NCBI RefSeq assembly: GCF_963921235.1
Contig: NC_086097.1
Location: 198,526,001 to 198,590,000 of the forward strand
Direction: 5' to 3'
Origin: Mobula hypostoma
Lineage: Eukaryota
Length of the DNA: 64,000 nt
Below the pieces are notes generated by a model. That model ran no database searches and was not told the DNA's origin. It saw nothing but the letters and a program-made list of their open reading frames with translations. Each line of letters begins with the position of its first letter. The first letter of the stretch is position 1. The position numbers were made by a program, and so were the translations under genes. Shown piece after piece: positions 27,125-38,894 of the stretch.

Positions 27125-28249
27125 TGGCAAAACCTTCAGCTTGCCCCTCTTGAGGTAGTCCATTGTGGATTTTGAGGTGTGTTTAGGATCATTATCCTGT
27201 TGTAGAAGCCATCCTCTTTTCATCTTCAGCTCTTTTTACAGACGGTGTGATGTTTGCTTCCAGAATTTCCTGGTATTTAATTGAATTCATTCTCCCCTCT
27301 ACCGGTGAAATATTCCCCGTGCCACTGGCTGCAACACAAGCCCAAAGCATGATTGATCCACCCCCGTGCTTAACAGTTGGAGAGGTGTTCTTTTCATGAA
27401 ATTCTACACCCTTCTTTCTCCAAACATACCTTTGCTCATTGCAGCCAAAAAGTTCTATTTTAACTTCATCAGCCCACAGGACTTGTTTCCAAAATGCATT
27501 AGGCTTGTTTAGCTGTTCCTTTGCAAACTTCTGACGCTGAATTTTGTGGTGAGGACACAGGAATGGTAGAACAGTGCACCACCACTCCAGAGTGCACTAA
27601 ATCTTCCTGAAGGTCTTTTGCAGTCAGATGGGGGTTTTGATTTGCCTTTCTAGCAATCCTACGAGCAGTTCTCTCGAAAAATTTTCTTGGTCTTCCAGAC
27701 CTCAACTTGACCTCCACCGTTCCTGTTAAGTGCCATTTCTTAATGACATTACAAACTGAGGAAACGGCTACCTGAAAACACTTTGCTATCTTCTTATAGC
27801 CTTCTCTTGCTTTGTGGGCATCATTTATTTTAATTTTCAGAGTGCTAGGCAGCTGCTTAGAGGAGCCCATGGCTGCTGATTGTTGGGACAGGGTTTGAGA
27901 GATCAGGATACTTATAAAGCTTTGAAATTTGCATCACCTGGCCTTTCCTAATGATGACTGTGAACAAGCCATAGCCCTAACAGGCTAATTAAGGTCTGGG
28001 ACCTTGGTAAAAGTTATCTGAGAGTTCAAATCTCTTTGGGTGCCCAAACTTTTGCATGGTGCTCCTTTCCTTTTTTTCACTCTAAAATTGTACAAAACAA
28101 AAATAATACACTAATCTTGTTTAAAATGTTGAAAAGGATGTTTCATCTTTAACTTCATGACTTTTGGAGATCAGTTTATCTTCTACTCGCTTAGCTATTC
28201 ACAGTAACAGAAATTTTGACCGGGGTGCCCAAACTTTTGCATACCACTG
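27125..28249 (-). mobile_element. Tc1/mariner IR/DR-type DNA transposon, 3'-truncated, transposase pseudogene
   Basis: Terminus cagtggtatgcaaaagtttgggcaccc (ending 28249) with inner direct repeat at 28038-28057. Transposase from 27870: [24 protein letters not shown] near 27190. Confidence 0.92.
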
Positions 28250-28639
28250 CACACTTTCGTAGGTTGGATGAAGCCAGAGTGCAGGGTTAATGGCAGGGTT
28301 CCTAGCAGGGGTCCTGGGGTCCACCATCCATAAGTGCCTTAGAGCTGCAGCAAAAGTTGAAAGCGTGCTTAAGAAGACGAATTGTGTGTTGGCCTTCAAA
28401 GGCTCATTTATTATCAAAGAAAACAATTCTGAAATTCTTCAGTTGTCTGGATAGCCATGAATCCAAGCAAGAAAAGAAAGGCAGAATGATCTTTCCCACC
28501 TTCCTGCAAAAAAAAAACGAACACAAACAGTGCTGGCACACCAACCCCCAAATCTCTACTCCTGCACAAAAGCCAAGCAAAATGGATCAGGCACATTGAC
28601 CCTCAAATCCCTCTTCCCACACAAAAAATGAATAAAACA

Positions 28640-28985
28640 GATAGAAACCATAGAAACCATAGAAACTACAGTACAGAAACAGGCCTTTTGGCCCTTCTTG
28701 GTTGTGCCAAACCATTTTCTGCCTAGTCCCACTGACCTGCACACGGACCATATCCCTCCATACACCTCCCATCCATGTATCTGTCCAATTTATTCTTAAA
28801 TGTTAAAAAAGAACCCGCATTTACCACCTCATCTGGCAGCTCATTCCATACTCCCACCACTCTCTGTGTGAAGAAGCCCCCCCTAATGTTCCCTTTAAAC
28901 TTTCCCCCCTCACCCTTAACCCATGTCCTCTGGTTTTTTCTCCCCTTGCCTCAGTGGAAAAAGCCTGCTTGCATTCACTCTATCA
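28640..28985 (-). mobile_element. CR1 3' end with nonamer tail, nested in another repeat
   Basis: atagaaacc repeats at 28641-28666 and a CR1 3' UTR. Confidence 0.85.
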
Positions 28986-29231
28986 GGTACATCAACCCCC
29001 AAATCCTCCCCATCACCCCCCCCCGCACAAAAAAAATAAAACAACGATCGAGTGAATAAATACAGAATATAAAAACTACACAACTGAAAAATGTCTATAT
29101 TCCAAGTCCCCATCCAAAACAGAGAAGAAACCTGGGCAACACCCTTTGGGTGCAGTGGTAGGCTCTCCCCCTCTGATACAGAGCAACTGCTCAAAAGGCA
29201 AGCAGCCAACAGTCACGCTCTGCACTTGCTT

Positions 29232-30455
29232 TAGTCATAGTCATAGTCATAGTCATACTTTATTGATCCCGGGGGAAATTGGTTTTCGTTACAGTTGCAC
29301 CATAAATAATTAAATAGTAATATGTAAATTATGCCAGTAAATAAGTTCAGGACCAGCCTATTGGCTCAGGGTGTCTGACCCTCCAAGGGAGAAGTTGTAA
29401 AGTTTGATGGCCACAGGCAGGAATGACTTCCTATGACGCTCTGTGTTGCATCTCGGTGGAATGAGTCTCTGGCTGAATGTACTCCTGTGCCCAACCAGTA
29501 CATTATGTAGTGGATGGGAGACATTGTCCAAGATGGCATGCAACTTAGACAGCATCCTCTTTTCGGACACCACAGTGAGAGAGGCCAGTTCCATCCCCAC
29601 AGCATCACTGGCCTTACGAATGAGTTTGTTGATTCATTTGCTACCCTCAGTCTGCTGCCCCAGCACACAACAGCAAACATGATCGCACTGGCCACCACAG
29701 ACTCGTAGAACATCCTCAGCATCGTCCGGCAGATGTTAAAGGACCTCAGTCTCCTCAGGAAATAGAGATGGCTCTGACCCTTCTTGTAGACAGCCTCAGT
29801 GTTCTTTGACCAGTCCAGTTTATTGTCAATTCGTATCCCCAGGTATTTGTAATCCTCCACCATGTCCACACTGACCCCCTGGATGGAAACAGGGGTCACC
29901 GGTACCTTAGCTCTCCTCAGGTCTACCACCAGCTCCTTAGTCTTTTCCACATTAAGCTGCAGATAATTCTGCTCACACCATGTGACAAAGTTTCCTTCCA
30001 TAGCCCTGTACTCAGTCTCATCTCCGTTGCTGATGCATCCAACTATGGCAGAGTCATCAGGAAACTTCTGAAGATGACAAGACTCTGTGCAGTAGTTGAA
30101 GTCCGAGGTGTAAATGGTGAAGAGAAAGGGAGACAAGACAGTCCCCTGTGGAGCCCCAGTGCTGCTGATCACTCTGTCGGACACACAGTGTTGCAAGCAC
30201 ACGTACTGTGGTCTGCCAGTCAGGTAATCAAGAATCCATGACACCAGGGAAGCATCCACCTGCATTGCTGTCAGCTTCTCCCGCAGCAGAGCAGGGCGGA
30301 TGGTGTTGAACGCACTGGAGAAGTCAAAAAACATGACCCTCACAGTGCTCGCTGGCTTGTCCAGGTGGGTGCAGACACGGTTCAGCAGGTAGACAATGGC
30401 ATCTTCAACTCCTAGTCGGGGCTGGTAGGCGAACTGGAGGAGATCTAAGTGTGGC
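29232..30455 (-). mobile_element. Rex1/Babar-type LINE RT, 5'-truncated
   Basis: ORF 29366-30478: FFDFSSAFNTI, GAPQGTVLSPFLF, KFPDD, YKYLG. (ACTATG)n tail at 29232-29257. Confidence 0.93.
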
Positions 30456-30914
30456 CTGACCATGAATTGATGCATCAATTTCCATCGTCCCTTTAATCAG
30501 TGAACAATGGAAGTTATAATTGGTGAAATGGAAGCAAACATCAGCTTGAGTCCCACCCTGTAGCCTGCCCACTACGAGGTTTGCACACGTTGCCTCTGCC
30601 TCCCACAATCGTCTCAGAGACCGCAGAGTGCTGGAACACCCAAACGATCTCAAAATTTCCACACTCACCTTGATGGTTCAGTCACCCTCGTCACCTTAAT
30701 CGGTGAACAATGGAAGCTATACTCGACAGAATGGGGTTAAGCGTCAGCTCGTCTGCCATCCTGTAGCTTTTCTGCCACGAGGTTCATTTATACTGCCTCT
30801 GCTTCCTGGAATCCACCCAGAGACTGCCGAGCAGTTAAGCACCCAAATGATCCCCAACAGCAAAACACAGACACTAGTAGTTCCAGAATCACAGTCAAGA
30901 TGCATAACAAATAT

Positions 30915-31520
30915 TCATTGGTTGGGGATTGAGTTCAAGGGCTCGGAGAGAATGTTGTACTTTTATAAAACTCTGGTCAGACTACACTTGGAATAATGTG
31001 TTCAGTTCTGGTCGCCTCATTTTGAGAAAGGATGTGGTAGCTCCACGGAGGGTTCAAGATTTGCCAGGATAGGAGAGCATATCTTATAAGAGGCTGAATG
31101 AGCTGCAGGTTTTTTCTCTTTGGAGCGAAGGAGGATGAGAGCTGACTTGATAGATGTGTACAAAATGATATATGGAGAATAAGCAGACAGCCAGACTTTA
31201 CAGTATACCAGACAGGAAACAGTTAATATGAGGGGGCATAATTTTATGGTGATTGGAAGAAAGTATGGCGGAATGTCAGAGGTAAGGTGTTTACACAGAA
31301 AGTGGTAGGTACAGTATATGGAGTGTGCGGCCCAGGGTGATGGTAGAGACAGATGCAACAGAGAAATTTAAGATACTCTTAGATAGGCTCGTGGACGAAA
31401 GAAGAATATAGACCTATAAGGGAGGGAAGGGAGAGATTGAACTTCGAGTAGTTTTAAATGTTAGCACAACATTATTGGTCAAAGGGCCTGTACTGTGTTG
31501 CACTGTGCTACATTCTGTGG
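30915..31520 (+). mobile_element. Degraded CR1 3' fragment
   Basis: GIEFKGSERMLYFYKTLVRLHLE and a CR1 3' UTR. Confidence 0.8.
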
Positions 31521-31585
31521 TTTATAGAGTTAAAGCAGAAGATGGTGAAAGCAGCAGCCTTCCTTTTCCCAATCTCTCTTTCCAA

Positions 31586-31620
31586 GTTCTGATGAAGAGT
31601 TCTGGATCTGAAATATTAAC
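31586..31620 (+). ncRNA. Diverged minimal hammerhead ribozyme in an older Penelope pLTR
   Basis: gtt-CTGATGA-aga(gttctgga)tct-GAAA-ta-TT-aac, followed by pLTR-like gatactgctagacctgatgagt...cattttctgtt. Confidence 0.55.
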
Positions 31621-32149
31621 CATTCCTTTTCTCACTGATACTGCTAGACCTGATGAGTGATTCGAGCATTTTCTGTTTCGTTATGATATAATGTGGAATA
31701 TGTTATGGGGCTGTCCTTAAGATATCTCATGGGTAGCCACTTAATTTCCTAGAGCTTTATCAATTGAAGCAGAATTTCTTCTTCTCTCTGTGCTTGTGAG
31801 TTCTCATCCACTGAAAATGCATTTATACAGAGCAGAACTCTGCTGATGCACAAACATGCGTATAGTTTTCTTCCAGCTGCAAGAGTGTTCTTCTGACCAG
31901 GCAGGGTAAATCAAATGTTGCCAACTGCAAATCAATCATCAGCTTGGCAAATCCACGTAAATGGTGCAGATCATTCAGATTGCTATTTATCTCCTTTGCA
32001 CTTGGCATCTGCCCACACTGTGTGGAATCATCTTCCAAATTAATTAGTATATTCTAAGCAGCACTGAGGTGAAACCAACAGTTTCCAGACACAAAAGGTA
32101 GAGCTTGTTGTGTTAAATGCTACTGTTGCAGAGCAAAACTGTAACTCAC

Positions 32150-33960
32150 ACAGCTCTGCTCTCCAAGCAAACTGATCTACAAACATCTAAGCCTAGGACT
32201 CAACACCTCCTTGACCTGAACACCCCCTTGACCTGAACAAACCACAATCAGTAAGGAGAGGCAGCAATACCTCTGCCATGATTATTGGCAGTGCCCTTCA
32301 AGACTGTGTGCTTAGCCCTCTGCTGTACTCCCTTTACACTCACAGCTGCAGGGCTACATTCTGCCCTAATCCCTCTACAAGTCTGCGAATGATATCTTTG
32401 TGGTGGGTTGAATCTCAAATAATCAGAGTGAGAACAATCTTTCCTGCAATGTCAGCAGAACAAAAGAGCTCATCATTGATTTCAGGAAGGGGGACAGTGC
32501 ACATGCTCTTGTCTAACAGCGCTGAAGTCGAGAGGGTTGAGAGTTTCAACTTCCTAGGCGTGAACGTCACATTGATGCCACAGTTCAGAAAGTGCACCAA
32601 TGCCTCTACTTCCTCAACTGCTAAAGAAATTTGGCATGTCTGCTTTGTTCATCACTAATGTTTATAAATACACCTTAGAAAATATCCTATTATGACACAT
32701 CCTGGCTTGGAATGGCAGCTGCTCTATCCAGGATTGCAAGAAGCTGCAGAGAGTTGAAGACAACAGCTGAGAACATCAAGGATACCAGCTTTCCCCTCAC
32801 GGACTATATACTTCTCGCTGCATCAGTAAAGATTAAGATAAGATTAAGAATAGCTTTATTTGTCATATGTACATTGAAGTGTTGAAATGTAGAGTGAAAC
32901 ATGTTATTACGCCAATGACCAACACAGTCTGAGGATTGTGCTGGAGGGTGCAGCCCACAAGTGTCTCCTACTCAACTATGAAAGGGATAGATAAGATAGA
33001 GGCAGAAGAGTTGTTTCCACTGATAGGTGAGACTAGAACGAGGGTACTTAGCCTCAAGATTAGGGCGAGTAGATTTAGGGCAGAGATGAGGAGGAACTGC
33101 TTTTCCCAGAGAGTGGTGAATCTGTGGAATTCTCTGCCCAATGAAGTAGTGGAGGCTACCTCAGCAAATATATTTAAGACGAGGTTGGATAGATTTTTGC
33201 ATTGTAGGGGAGTTAAGGGTTATAGGGAAAAGGCAGGTGGATGGAGATGAGTCCATGGCCAGATCAACCATGATCTTATTGAATGGTGGAGCAGATTCGA
33301 CAGCCAGATGGTCTACTCCTGCTCCTATTTCTTATGCTTTTATGTTCTTACATTTTACTTTCTTACAGGTTTGCATAGATTTGGCATGTCACCAAAAAAG
33401 TTAAACTTCTATAGATGCACTGTGGAGTGTATCCTATACAGTTGCATCATGGCTTGGTTTGGCAAGATCAACACCCAGGAATGGAAATGGGAACAGAACC
33501 TCCATCACAGGTAAAGCCCTCTCTACCATTGAGTACATTTACATTGAGTGCAGCCACAAGAAAGCAGCATCTGTCATCAAAAACCTCCATCATCCACAAC
33601 ATCCCCCTTTCTCACTACTACTATCTAGCATTAGGTTCCACACCTCCAGCTCAGTACAGTTATTACCCTACAGCCATCAGGTCTCTTAACTATCTAACTT
33701 TATTCACCACTATTCTGAACTGATTCTATGACCTACAGAATCACTCTTCAGAACTCTTTCCAACTCATGTTCTTTGCCCTTTTTTCCCTTCTTTTTCATA
33801 TTGGCTGTTTGTCAGTCTTTGTCTGTTTATGTATAGTTTTTTTCATAAAATTCTATTTCATTTCTTTTTTCCCTGTAAATGCCGGTAAGAAAATTAATCA
33901 CAAGGTAGTCAATGGTAACACATAAATCTTTGATAATAAATTTCCTTTGAACTTTGAACA
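32150..33960 (+). mobile_element. Cluster of degraded Rex1-type fragments with a CR1 3' piece (about 32975-33350)
   Basis: QDCVLSPLLYSLYTH, ESFNFLG and FYRCTVECIL (Rex); RRNCFSQRVVNLWNSLP (CR1). Confidence 0.75.
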
Positions 33961-34744
33961 TTTTAGAGATGGAAGGAGGAAGAATGGACAATAATATGGA
34001 GGTATCAATGGAAATGTACCAGCTCACAGAAATGGAGGAGTTCGGATGGAAAAACTTGATAAGATATTTTATTACACCCTCTCAGAAATCCAATTATAAT
34101 AGTAACTCCCCTGCTTCCTGGAAAAATTGTGGAAATCAAAATGCAAATCATTATCATATTTTCTGGGAATTCCTCATTATCAAAGACTATTGGAGTGAGA
34201 TACATAATGCCCTACAAGACATCTTCATATGTGAAATACCCTTAGAGAGTAAGACCATATATTTGGGGTATATAGTTCAAGAATGGTTGAAAAGTGATAA
34301 ATATTTAATGAATGTACTGCTAGTGGCTGGTAAAAAGACCCTTACCAGGAAATGGTTATCCCAGGAGAGCCCCAACTTTAAATGTATGGATGGAAGTTAC
34401 AATGGACATTTACAAAATGGAGAAGATAACAGCATCTGTTAATCATAAGTTGGAACAATTTTATTCATGCTGGAAAAATAGTTTAACTACATAACATCTC
34501 ATAGGCCTGATTTTATTCTCACAAGTCAATGAATATGTTGTAAGAAAAAATCATTTATTACTCTGTACAGTTGTCTTTCGATTGTTCTTTCTTTCCTCTT
34601 TTCTATAAGTGTATACCTCAGATAAATATTATGTGGAGATTTGTGACAAATATGATTATATGATATATATGTACAGTATCTGAAATACATCTTATGGAAA
34701 TGTTTCTTTGATGATGAAATTCAATAAAAAATAAATTACAAAAA
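33961..34744 (+). mobile_element. L1-type LINE 3' fragment with poly(A)
   Basis: Remnant of the C-terminal Zn-finger region (WKNCGNQNANHYHIFWE...YWSEI), aataaa and an A-tail at ~34740. Flanked by 114-bp direct repeats. Confidence 0.85.
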
Positions 34745-35992
34745 AAAATTCTATTGCATTTCTTGATTCCCTGTAAATGCCTGAAAGAAAATTAATCACA
34801 AGGTAGTCAATGGTAACACATAAATCTTTGATAATAAATTTCCTTTGAACTTTGAACACTTTGTGCCATTGGCAAAGATAAATCAATTCAAAGTTTAACA
34901 TTAACAATCAACCTGGCACCAATTACCATTTGTTGAATGTCATTCCAAGCTTTCATTATACTCTGCATGTAGAAACATTTCCCCATGTCTTCTGAAATGC
35001 TTGATGTCAATGTTTTGACTGTGCAGTCTAGATTTCTGAACTAGCAGAAATAGTTGGTCTCCATTTAGCCTGTTATGATTATTTTGAAACTTTGATCAAG
35101 TCTGCCCTAAAATGTATAAATCTTAGAAAAGACAACATTACCTTATAATCTACTTTGTAATATAGCCATTGGAATCTAGATATCATGCTGCACTCATTCT
35201 AGGAACTCCAAATCCACCAGTTGTGGTTGCAAGAATTGCTCAATACCACAGGCGTGATCCAATAATTTACATATATAGATAGATCACACTTTAAATACAT
35301 GGAGCACCATGTCTGCACCTTCTGCTCCAATCATCTAAAGAGCAGCATTTCAATACATTTTTTTGGACTTTATTCTGTTCCTCGTCATCTGTGTACGTAT
35401 ATTCTAAACGATTTTTGGACCACCAATATCTCAGCTCCTAATAAATTAATGTTCTGGTATTTGATATCTTGTTTGAAAACTTTGGAAAGGATGAGTTTCT
35501 CACAGCTGACACTTAATATTGAGCTTTCAATCATTCAATTAATTATCTTCTTTTTCAAAGCTCTGAAATCCATGTATTATTCTATGCTCACAGTCCTTGC
35601 CTTCACTTAACTCAATTGTATGAATATATTTGAATTCTCCTTGTTCATTTTGGGCAATAATCCCGCAAGGGAATCATACCTTGTTTTTACTTGCTTTTGA
35701 CTAATTTGTTAGTTAGTAATAGTTCACACCATCTTCAGATTCTGAAATGGCGTGTTTACCAGTAATGCATGTACTGATAGAGCAAATATTCTTACTATCA
35801 TTGAAAGAAATGCAGAAATGCTGAAAATACTCACTGGGGCAGGCTGCAGCTGTGCGAAGAGAAAGAGAGATAATGTTTTCAGTCAAGAAGTGTGAGTGAT
35901 CCCAGTATTTTCTACTATTTGTTTCAGAGTCTGAATTTTGTGTTTTTTTTCTCATTTTTCATTTATCATTTCTTGGAAGTTGATGATAATAT

Positions 35993-36339
35993 TGTGATGT
36001 TCTGGGTGGGGGCATGGTCGACAGCCTGCCCCTGCATTTCTAATGACCAGTACCGTTTATTGTTCTTGTGTTAAAATGCTTTTGTGGGATTATGGTAGGA
36101 AGTTCCAGTTTGTTCATTGTTACATTTTACTTCGGGTTATACAGTTGTTTGCTTGTGTATTTGTGGGTCACCCTAACTGTAACCGGGGTGTGTGATGGTC
36201 ACCTCCCTCGTCGGTGTGAGGCTGGTGGGGTTCACCCTCCAGGTCATAGTGCCCGGTCTGTTTTGTACCTAACACCATAAAACGGTTGTTGAGTTAAAGA
36301 GCTTCCTGTTCTGTCATTATGGACCAAATGCTTGCCACA
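35993..36339. mobile_element. Probable solo LTR
   Basis: TGTG...CACA termini around a ~350-bp block of distinct composition. TSD is imperfect. Confidence 0.45.
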
Positions 36340-36639
36340 ATAATGAAATGTATGTTGGTTAATATATCAAAATGTAATTTTTCACTGCACAGTAACAATG
36401 GGAAGAGCTTTCAGCACTTATGAAATTTCTTCATTCAGGCTCCTGCATCTGAAGGTTAATCTATATCTTTCCACAGATACTGCCTGATCTGCTGAGTGTT
36501 TGCAATATTTTGTGTTTTACTTCAGATTTCCAGTATCAACTGTTTTTATTTAATTTTCTCCAATAAAAGTTAATCTGTTGAAGAATTACAAGTTCATTTA
36601 AATTAATGAAACGTATCTATAGTTAATGAAATCAATAGA

Positions 36640-37230
36640 TGTGTGGTGGAGAGTATATTGACTGGTTGTATCACAGCCTGGTATGGAAACACCAATACCC
36701 TTGAATGGAAATTCCTACAAAAGGTAGTGGATATGGTCCAGTCCATCACAGGTAAAGTCCTCCCCACTGCTGAGCACATTTACACAGAGCGCTGTCACAG
36801 AAAAGCAGCAGCCATCATCAGGGACTCAGGGTCACGCTCTCTTCCCACTGTTGCCATAAGGAAGAAGGTGCAGAATCCTCAGAACTCACCCCACAAGGTT
36901 CAGAAACAGTTATTACCCCTCAACCATCGGGCTCTTGAACCAAAAGGGATAACTCCACTCAACTTTACTTGCCCCATCACTGTAATGCCACAGTCTATGG
37001 ACTCACTTTTAAGGACTCTTCACCTCATGTTCTCAATATTTATTGCTTATTTATTTATTATCATTATTTCTTTCTTTTTGGATTTGCACAGTTTGTTGTC
37101 TTTTGTACACTGGTTGCATGCTCAGTTGGTGTGGCATTACATTGCTTCTATTACGGTTATTATTTTATTATGGATTTATTGAGTGTGCCTGCAAGAAAAT
37201 GAATCTCAGGGCTGACATATATGTGCAGGT
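36640..37230 (+). mobile_element. Rex1/Babar-type LINE 3' fragment
   Basis: VESILTGCITAWYGN, ERCHRKAAAII. Confidence 0.85.
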
Positions 37231-37348
37231 TTTTGTAAGTAAATGGCAGAGACATTTTAAGTTTAAGGGAAGCTAAGGTGGAGGGTGGCTAATGTTGTCC
37301 CTCTCTTCAAGAAGGGAGGAAGAGAGAAAACAGGGAATTATAGACTGG

Positions 37349-37508
37349 ACAAACAACAGGAATTCTGCAGATGCTGGAAATTCAAGCAACACACATCAAA
37401 GTTGCTGGTGAACGCAGCAGGCCAGGCAGCATCTATAGGAAGAGGCGCAGTCGACGTTTCAGGCCGAGACCCTTCGTCAGGACTAACTGAAGGAAGAGTG
37501 AGTAAGGG
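37349..37508 (-). mobile_element. Young short Penelope-derived insertion with 12-bp TSD
   Basis: attatagactgg at 37337-37348 and 37509-37520. Removing the insert restores CR1 ..GNYRLVSLT.. Confidence 0.9.
37449..37484 (-). ncRNA. Minimal hammerhead ribozyme
   Basis: Reverse complement is identical to 6158-6193. Confidence 0.85.
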
Positions 37509-38894
37509 ATTATAGACTGGTTAGCCTGACGTTGGTGATGGGAAAGATGCTGGAGTCAATTATAAAAGATGAAATTACGACACATCTGGATAGTAGTAAC
37601 AGGATTGGTCCGAGTCAGCATGGATTTATGAGGGGGAAATCATGCTTGACTAATCTTCTGGAATTTTTTGAGGATGTAACTATGAAAATGGACAAGGGAG
37701 AGCCAGTGGATGTGGCGTACCTGGACTTTTAGAAAGTCTTTGATAAAGTCCCATATAGGAGATTAGTGGGCAAAATTAGGGCACATGGTATTGGGGGCAG
37801 AGTACTGACATGGATTGAAAATTGGCTGGCTGACAGAAAACAAAGAGTAGCGATTAACAGGTCCCTTTCAGAATGGCAGGCGGTGACCAGTGGGGTACTG
37901 AAGGGTTTAGTGCTGGGACCGCAGCTGTTTACAATATATATTAATGATTTAGATGAGGGAATTAAAAGTAACATTAGCAAATTTGCCAATGACACAAAGC
38001 TGGGTGGCAGTGTGAAATGTGAGGAGGATGTTATGAGAATGCAGGGTGACTTGGACAGGCTGAGTGAGTGGGCAGATGCAGATTAATGTGATAAATGTGA
38101 GGTTATCCACTTTGGTGGTAAGAAGAGGAAGGCAGATTATTACCTAAATGGAGTCAAGTTAGGAAAAGAGGAAGCACAACGAGATCTAGGTGTTCTTGTA
38201 CATCAGTCACTGAAAGCAAGCATGAAAGTACAGCGGGCAGTGAAGAAAGCTAATAGCATGCTGGCCTTCATAACAAGGGGAATTGAGTATAAGAGCAAAG
38301 AGGTCCTTCTGCAGCTGTACAGGGCCCTGGTGAGACCACACCTGGAGTACTGTGTGCAGTTTTGGTCTCCAAATTTGAGGAAGGACATTCTTGCTATTGA
38401 GGGAGTGCAGCATAGGTTCACAAGGTTAATTCCCGGGATGGTAGGACTGTCATATGTCGAAAGATTGGAGCGACTGGGCTTGTATACTCTGGAATTTAGA
38501 AGGCTGAGAGGGGATCTTATTGAAACATATAAGATTATTAAGGGATTGGACACGCTGCAGGCAGGAAGCATGTTCCCACTGATGGGTGAGTCCAGAAGCA
38601 GAGGCCACAGTTTAAGAATTAGGGGTAGGCCATTTAGAATGGAGTGAAGGAAAAACTTTTTCACCCAGAGAGTGGTGGGTATATGGAATGCTCTGCAGCA
38701 GAAGGCTGTGGAGGCCAAGTCTCTGCATGCTTTCAAAAAAGAGATGAATAGAGCTCTTAAAGATAGCGGAATCAAAGTTTATGGGACTAGGGCAGGAACT
38801 GGATACTGATAGTGGATGATCAGCCATGATCACAGTGAATGGCGGTGCTGGCTCGAAAGGCAGAATGGCCTACTCCTGCACCTATTGTCTATTA

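Larger units (their letters stand above)
37275..38893 (+). mobile_element. CR1 ORF2 RT fragment, interrupted by a Penelope-derived insertion
   Basis: ANVVPLFKKG, QHGFMRGKSCLTNL, FANDTK, RPHLEYCVQFWSP. Confidence 0.93.

Noticed and set aside
30493..30721. 26-bp imperfect direct repeat (ttaatcrgtgaacaatggaagytata)
   Set aside because: Only two copies and no further structure, so I could not assign it.
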